DNA of 18,331 bases. Origin: Acidimicrobiales bacterium (lineage in GTDB: Bacteria > Actinomycetota > Acidimicrobiia > Acidimicrobiales > Palsa-688). The position numbers were made by a program, and so were the translations under genes. The stretch is taken from contig DASSZM010000141.1 of the NCBI GenBank assembly GCA_035702855.1, forward strand, positions 1-18,331, read 5' to 3'. This document shows, one piece after another, positions 14,636 through 18,331 of this stretch. The notes under the pieces were generated by a model that was given only the letters and a program-made list of their open reading frames with translations, was not told where the DNA came from and searched no databases. Each line of letters opens with the position of its first letter. Within the stretch, counting starts at the first letter, position 1.

Positions 14636-16297
14636 ATGGATGTCCTCGTCGCCGTGGGCGACGTCCCGGTGCCGCCCCGTCTGGCCGCCAGGGCCCGTCG
14701 CCTGATCACCGTCCCGGCAGGACCGCTCAGCAGCGCGGACGTCGCCGACCTGCGGGCGCATTTCCCCCGATCCCTGGGCGTCATCGGCGAGCCCGACGAC
14801 GTGGTCGAGGTCGCCAACCAGCTGCACCGGGCGAGCTTCCCGGTCGTCGTCTACACCGACGAGCCGTTGCCCCTCGACGAGGGTGTCGCCACCGAGCCGT
14901 TGAGCGGCGCCGGCGCCGCCATCCAGGCCGCCGACTCCCTGCTCGACCTGATCGGCAACACCCCGCTCGTGCGCCTCGACCGCACCGCCCGGGACCTGTC
15001 GTGCACGCTGCTGGCCAAGCTCGAGTACCTCAACCCCGGCGGCAGCGTCAAGGACCGCCCGGCGCTGCGCATGATCGAAGCGGCGGAGCGGGAAGGCCTG
15101 CTCGGCCCCGGCGGCACCATCGTCGAGCCGACCTCGGGCAACACCGGCGTCGGCCTGGCCATCGTCGCCGCCCGCCGCGGCTACCGCTGCATCTTCACGA
15201 TGCCCGACAAGATCGCCGAGGAGAAGCGGGCGCTCCTGCGCGCCTACGGCGCCGAGGTCGTCGTCTGCCCCACGTCGGTCCCGCCCGAGCACCCCGACAG
15301 CTACTACTCGGTGGCCGAGCGGCTCGCCGAGACGACGCCGGGCGCCTTCCGCCCCAACCAGTACGCCAACCCCCACAACCCCGAGGCCCACGTCCGCACG
15401 ACCGGCCCGGAGATCTGGGAGCAGACCGGCGGGCGGATCACCCACTTCGTCTGCGCCATCGGCACCGGCGGGACGATCTCCGGCATCGGCCGCTACCTCA
15501 AGTCCAAGAACCCGGCGATCCAGGTGATCGGCGCCGACCCGGAGGGCTCCGTGTACTCCGGCGGCACCGGCCGCCCCTACCTGGTGGAGGGCATCGGCGA
15601 GGACTTCTGGCCCGCCACCTACGACCGGGAGGTGGCCGACCGGGTGATCATGGTCTCCGACCGCGACAGCTTCCTCACCGCCCGGCGCGTGACCCGGGAG
15701 GAGGGGATCCTCGTCGGCGGCTCGTGCGGGACGGCGGTCGCCGCCGCCCTGGAGGTCGGGCGCGACCTCGGACCCGACGACGTGGTGGTCGTCCTGCTCC
15801 CCGATTCCGGGCGTGGCTACCTGTCCAAGGTGTACGACGACGGCTGGATGGCGGACCACGGGTTCCTGCGGGCCGGCGGCGACGACCTCGCCGCCGTGCT
15901 CGGGCGCAAGGCCGTCGACCTGCCCCCGCTCGTGCACGTCCACCCCGACGAGACCGTGCGCTCGGCGATCGCCATCCTGAAGGAGTTCGGTGTGTCCCAG
16001 ATGCCCGTCGTCCAGGCCGAGCCGCCGGTGGCGCTCGCCGAGGTCGTCGGCACCGTCAGCGACCGCCTGCTGCTCCAGGCGGCGCTGGAGAAGCCCGAGA
16101 CGATCGACGGCCCGGTGAGCGCCGTCATGGAGTCCCCCCTGCCGACGGTGGGCACGGGCGAACCCATCGACCTGGCCGCCGCCCGCCTCGCCGGCGGCGC
16201 CTCGGCGGTGCTGGTGATGGACGAGGGCCGCCCCGTCGGCATCGTGACCCGCTCGGACCTGCTCGAGTACCTCGCCGGCCCGCCGGCGGCCCGATGA
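14636..16297 (+). CDS. cbs: Cystathionine beta-synthase (PLP-dependent core plus tandem CBS domains) with an unassigned ~90-aa N-terminal extension
   Basis: From about residue 95 onward (LIGNTPLVRL...LNPGGSVKDRPALRMIEAAE...EPTSGNTGVGLA...GADPEGSVYSGG...GGSCG...) the protein is collinear with mycobacterial Cbs, including the C-terminal CBS pair. The first ATG follows the ppgK stop by 16 nt. The extension has the same high GC3 as the rest. Confidence 0.85.
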   Translation: MDVLVAVGDVPVPPRLAARARRLITVPAGPLSSADVADLRAHFPRSLGVIGEPDDVVEVANQLHRASFPVVVYTDEPLPLDEGVATEPLSGAGAAIQAADSLLDLIGNTPLVRLDRTARDLSCTLLAKLEYLNPGGSVKDRPALRMIEAAEREGLLGPGGTIVEPTSGNTGVGLAIVAARRGYRCIFTMPDKIAEEKRALLRAYGAEVVVCPTSVPPEHPDSYYSVAERLAETTPGAFRPNQYANPHNPEAHVRTTGPEIWEQTGGRITHFVCAIGTGGTISGIGRYLKSKNPAIQVIGADPEGSVYSGGTGRPYLVEGIGEDFWPATYDREVADRVIMVSDRDSFLTARRVTREEGILVGGSCGTAVAAALEVGRDLGPDDVVVVLLPDSGRGYLSKVYDDGWMADHGFLRAGGDDLAAVLGRKAVDLPPLVHVHPDETVRSAIAILKEFGVSQMPVVQAEPPVALAEVVGTVSDRLLLQAALEKPETIDGPVSAVMESPLPTVGTGEPIDLAAARLAGGASAVLVMDEGRPVGIVTRSDLLEYLAGPPAAR

Positions 16298-17538
16298 GCG
16301 CCGCCGACGAGGGGGTCGGCGGCGCCGCCGGCCGTGGCGCCGGGGCTCCCGGCCGTGGCGCCGGGGCGGGCAGCCCCGGGGGCGGGGGCGCGGCGGGACC
16401 GGGCTTCGAGACCCGGGCCATCCACGCCGGGCAGGACCCCGACCCGATCACCGGGGCGGTGGTGCCGCCGGTGTCGGTGGCGACGACCTTCGCCCAGTCG
16501 GCGGTCGGCGAGCACGCCGGCTTCGAGTACAGCCGGACCGGCAACCCCACCCGGCAGGCACTGGAGGCGTGCATCGCCTCGCTGGAGGGCGGCGCCGGCG
16601 GCCGGGCGTTCGCCAGCGGGCTCGCCGCCGAGGACGCCGTGCTCCACCTGCTCGCCCCCGGCGACCACCTGATCGTCCCCGACGACGCCTACGGCGGCAC
16701 CTACCGCCTCGTCGACCAGGTCTGGGGCCGGCTGGGGATCACCCACACCCCCGTGGCACTCGGCGACCTCGACGCCGTCGCCGCCGCCTGGCGCCCCGAG
16801 ACCCGGATGGTCTGGGCGGAGACCCCGACCAACCCGCGCCTCGGCATCGTCGACATCGCCGGCCTGGCGACCGTCGTCCACGAGCGGGGCGGCCGGCTGG
16901 TCGTCGACAACACCTTCGCCACCCCCTGGCTGCAGCGGCCGCTGACCCTCGGCGCCGACATCGTCGTGCACTCGAGCACCAAGTACCTCGGCGGCCACAG
17001 CGACGTCGTCGGGGGCCTGGTCGCCGCGAACGACCCCGAGGTCCTCGAGCACCTGTGGTTCGTCCAGAACTCCGTCGGGGCGGTGCCGAGCCCCTGGGAC
17101 TGCTTCCTCACCCTGCGGGGGATCAAGACCCTGGCGGTACGGATGGACCGGCACTGCGCCACCGCCGCCACCGTCGCCGCCGCCCTCGCGGAGCACCCCG
17201 GCGTGTCGCAGGTGCTGTGGCCCGGCCTGCCCGACCACCCCGGCCACGAGCTCGCCGCCCGGCAGATGCGGGGCTTCGGCGGGATGGTGTCGTTCGTCGT
17301 GCGCGGCGGGGAGCAGACCGCCCTGGCCGTCGCCGCCGGCACCACGCTGTGGACCCTCGCCGAGTCGCTCGGGGCCGTCGAGTCGCTCATCGAGCACCCC
17401 CACCGCATGACCCACGCCTCGGTCGCCGGGTCCGCCCTGGAGGTACCCGCCGGCCTGATCCGGCTGTCGGTCGGGTTGGAGACGCCCGACGACCTCGTCG
17501 ACGACCTGCTCGGCGCCCTCGAGCGGGCGGGGGCGTAA
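16294..17538 (+). CDS. metB: Cystathionine gamma-synthase / gamma-lyase (PLP-dependent, MetB family)
   Basis: FETRAIHAG...FEYSRTGNPTR...DNTFATP...HSSTKYLGGHSDVVGG (PLP lysine context)...MVSF...ESLIEHP are MetB/CGL hallmarks, near-collinear with M. tuberculosis MetB. ATG overlaps the cbs stop (ATGA). The N-terminus carries a ~35-aa Gly/Ala-rich extension. Confidence 0.9.
   Translation: MSAADEGVGGAAGRGAGAPGRGAGAGSPGGGGAAGPGFETRAIHAGQDPDPITGAVVPPVSVATTFAQSAVGEHAGFEYSRTGNPTRQALEACIASLEGGAGGRAFASGLAAEDAVLHLLAPGDHLIVPDDAYGGTYRLVDQVWGRLGITHTPVALGDLDAVAAAWRPETRMVWAETPTNPRLGIVDIAGLATVVHERGGRLVVDNTFATPWLQRPLTLGADIVVHSSTKYLGGHSDVVGGLVAANDPEVLEHLWFVQNSVGAVPSPWDCFLTLRGIKTLAVRMDRHCATAATVAAALAEHPGVSQVLWPGLPDHPGHELAARQMRGFGGMVSFVVRGGEQTALAVAAGTTLWTLAESLGAVESLIEHPHRMTHASVAGSALEVPAGLIRLSVGLETPDDLVDDLLGALERAGA
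16328..16366. repeat. 18-nt perfect direct repeat (ccggccgtggcgccgggg) in two copies, 21-nt period, in-frame in metB 5' end
   Basis: Copies at 16328-16345 and 16349-16366. They encode AGRGAGA/PGRGAGA in the low-complexity N-terminus. Confidence 0.6.
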
Positions 17539-17591
17539 CCGGGCCGGGGCGCCGGCCGAGCCTTCGCTCCTTCCGTGGCGCCCGGGGCAGC

Positions 17592-17636
17592 CGCACGCGT
17601 TCTGTGAGGACGTGCGTACCGAATTTCGGTACACGA
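17592..17636. terminator. 45-nt imperfect hairpin between convergent metB and serA: outer stem ctgtgagga/tcctcacag (9 bp), 6-nt internal loop, inner stem gtaccga/tcggtac (7 bp), 3-nt loop
   Basis: Seen directly. Locally AT-richer than its surroundings. Sits 54 nt after the metB stop and about 100 nt after the serA stop, so a candidate bidirectional terminator. Confidence 0.45.
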
Positions 17637-17737
17637 CTCCTCACAGTTCGCCGGTCAGCCCCCAGAACGGCCCCCGGCCGCCTGCCGGGCAGCCGGAACC
17701 CGCCGGCCGGGGCACCCGGGCGGCCGGGCGGCTCGGC

Positions 17738-18331
17738 TCAGAGGATCCGCAGGCGGATCGTCTCCTCGAGGGCGGCGAGGCGGTGGCGGGTGTCGGGGGT
17801 GAAGTCGCTGGCGACGTCGCTGACCACGTAGCCGATGTCGCCGCGGGTGCCGAGCGCCTGCCCCTCGATGTTGACGCCCTCCTCGGCGAACACGGCGTTG
17901 ATGGTCGCCAGCACGCCCGGGGTGTTGCGGTGGATGTGCACGAAGGTGTGGGCACCCGACCGCTCGGGCAGCTCGACGTTGGGGAGGTTGACCGACAGGG
18001 CGGTGGTGCCCCGCTTGGCGTAGTCGATCAGCTTGTGGGCGACGAAGTGCCCGATGTCGACCTGCGCCTCCTCGGTGCTCCCGCCGATGTGGGGCGTGAG
18101 GATGACGTTGGGCAGGCCCCGCAGCTCGGAGACGAACGGCTCGCCCTTCCCCGACGGCTCGCTCGGGAACACGTCCACGGCGGCACCGGCCAGGTGCCCC
18201 GACACGATGTGGCGCCGCAGGGAGGCGTGGTCGACCACGAAGCCCCGGCTGAGGTTGAGGAAGAGCGAGCCCGGCCGCATGGCGGCGAACTCCTCCTCGC
18301 CGAACAGGTTGCGGTTGTCCGGGCGGCCGTC
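17738..18331 (-). CDS. serA: D-3-phosphoglycerate dehydrogenase, C-terminal part (end of NAD-binding domain plus ACT domain); 5' end lies beyond the window
   Basis: The reading frame is open to the window edge (DGRPDNRNLFGEEEFAAMRPGSLFLNLSRGFVVD... then ...ILTPHIGGSTEEAQ, the SerA catalytic His context). C-terminal ACT-like segment (HTFVHIHRNTPGVLATINAVFAEEGVNIEG). Stop TGA at 17738-17740. Confidence 0.85.
   Translation of the reverse strand, partial: DGRPDNRNLFGEEEFAAMRPGSLFLNLSRGFVVDHASLRRHIVSGHLAGAAVDVFPSEPSGKGEPFVSELRGLPNVILTPHIGGSTEEAQVDIGHFVAHKLIDYAKRGTTALSVNLPNVELPERSGAHTFVHIHRNTPGVLATINAVFAEEGVNIEGQALGTRGDIGYVVSDVASDFTPDTRHRLAALEETIRLRIL

Noticed and set aside
15001-16293. Upstream 430 aa of the 845-aa ORF 15001..17538
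   Set aside because: This part is a +1 frame overlap of the cbs gene and translates to Arg/Pro/Gly junk. The real gene in this frame is metB, starting at the ATG at 16294 that overlaps the cbs stop.
1-18331. CRISPR arrays, IS elements/transposases, integrases, phage or toxin-antitoxin genes
   Set aside because: I looked for evenly spaced direct repeats, terminal inverted repeats flanking ORFs, and DDE, tyrosine-recombinase, HTH-Xre or PIN-like small gene pairs. None were found. The only tandem repeats are short in-frame ones inside htrA and metB.

Overview
High-GC (roughly 70-75%) actinobacterial-type chromosomal segment that is densely packed with housekeeping genes. I found no CRISPR array, insertion sequence, phage genes or toxin-antitoxin pair.

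Gene order, left to right:
- Minus strand: tRNA-Asp then tRNA-Phe, separated by a single nucleotide.
- Minus strand: an NfeD-like gene and a flotillin (SPFH) gene.
- Minus strand: an FbpABC/AfuABC-like iron(III) ABC transporter in the order substrate-binding lipoprotein, fused two-domain permease, ATPase, with the permease stop overlapping the ATPase start.
- Minus strand, directly upstream of the transporter: a small DUF2237-like Cys-rich protein and a ChrB N-terminal-domain protein.
- Minus strand: an HtrA-family membrane serine protease.
- Minus strand: a three-gene operon of polytopic membrane protein, Gfo/Idh/MocA oxidoreductase (ATGA overlap) and NAD-dependent epimerase.
- Minus strand: an acyl-CoA dehydrogenase.
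- Plus strand: polyphosphate glucokinase (ppgK), cystathionine beta-synthase and cystathionine gamma-synthase/lyase (metB), the last two overlapping by ATGA.
- Minus strand: the 3' part of D-3-phosphoglycerate dehydrogenase (serA), running off the window edge.

Almost all other six-frame ORFs are antisense or frame-shifted shadows, which is expected at this GC content.

I cannot point to a discrete, self-evident new system. The most second-look-worthy items are:
- the DUF2237 / ChrB_N pair sitting with a palindrome in front of the iron transporter;
- an unexplained ~90-aa N-terminal extension on the CBS gene;
- the membrane-protein-oxidoreductase-epimerase operon, whose first gene has no assignable function or clear start;
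- two tRNAs packed 1 nt apart, one with a non-canonical T-loop;
- a soluble, anchor-less flotillin/NfeD pair.
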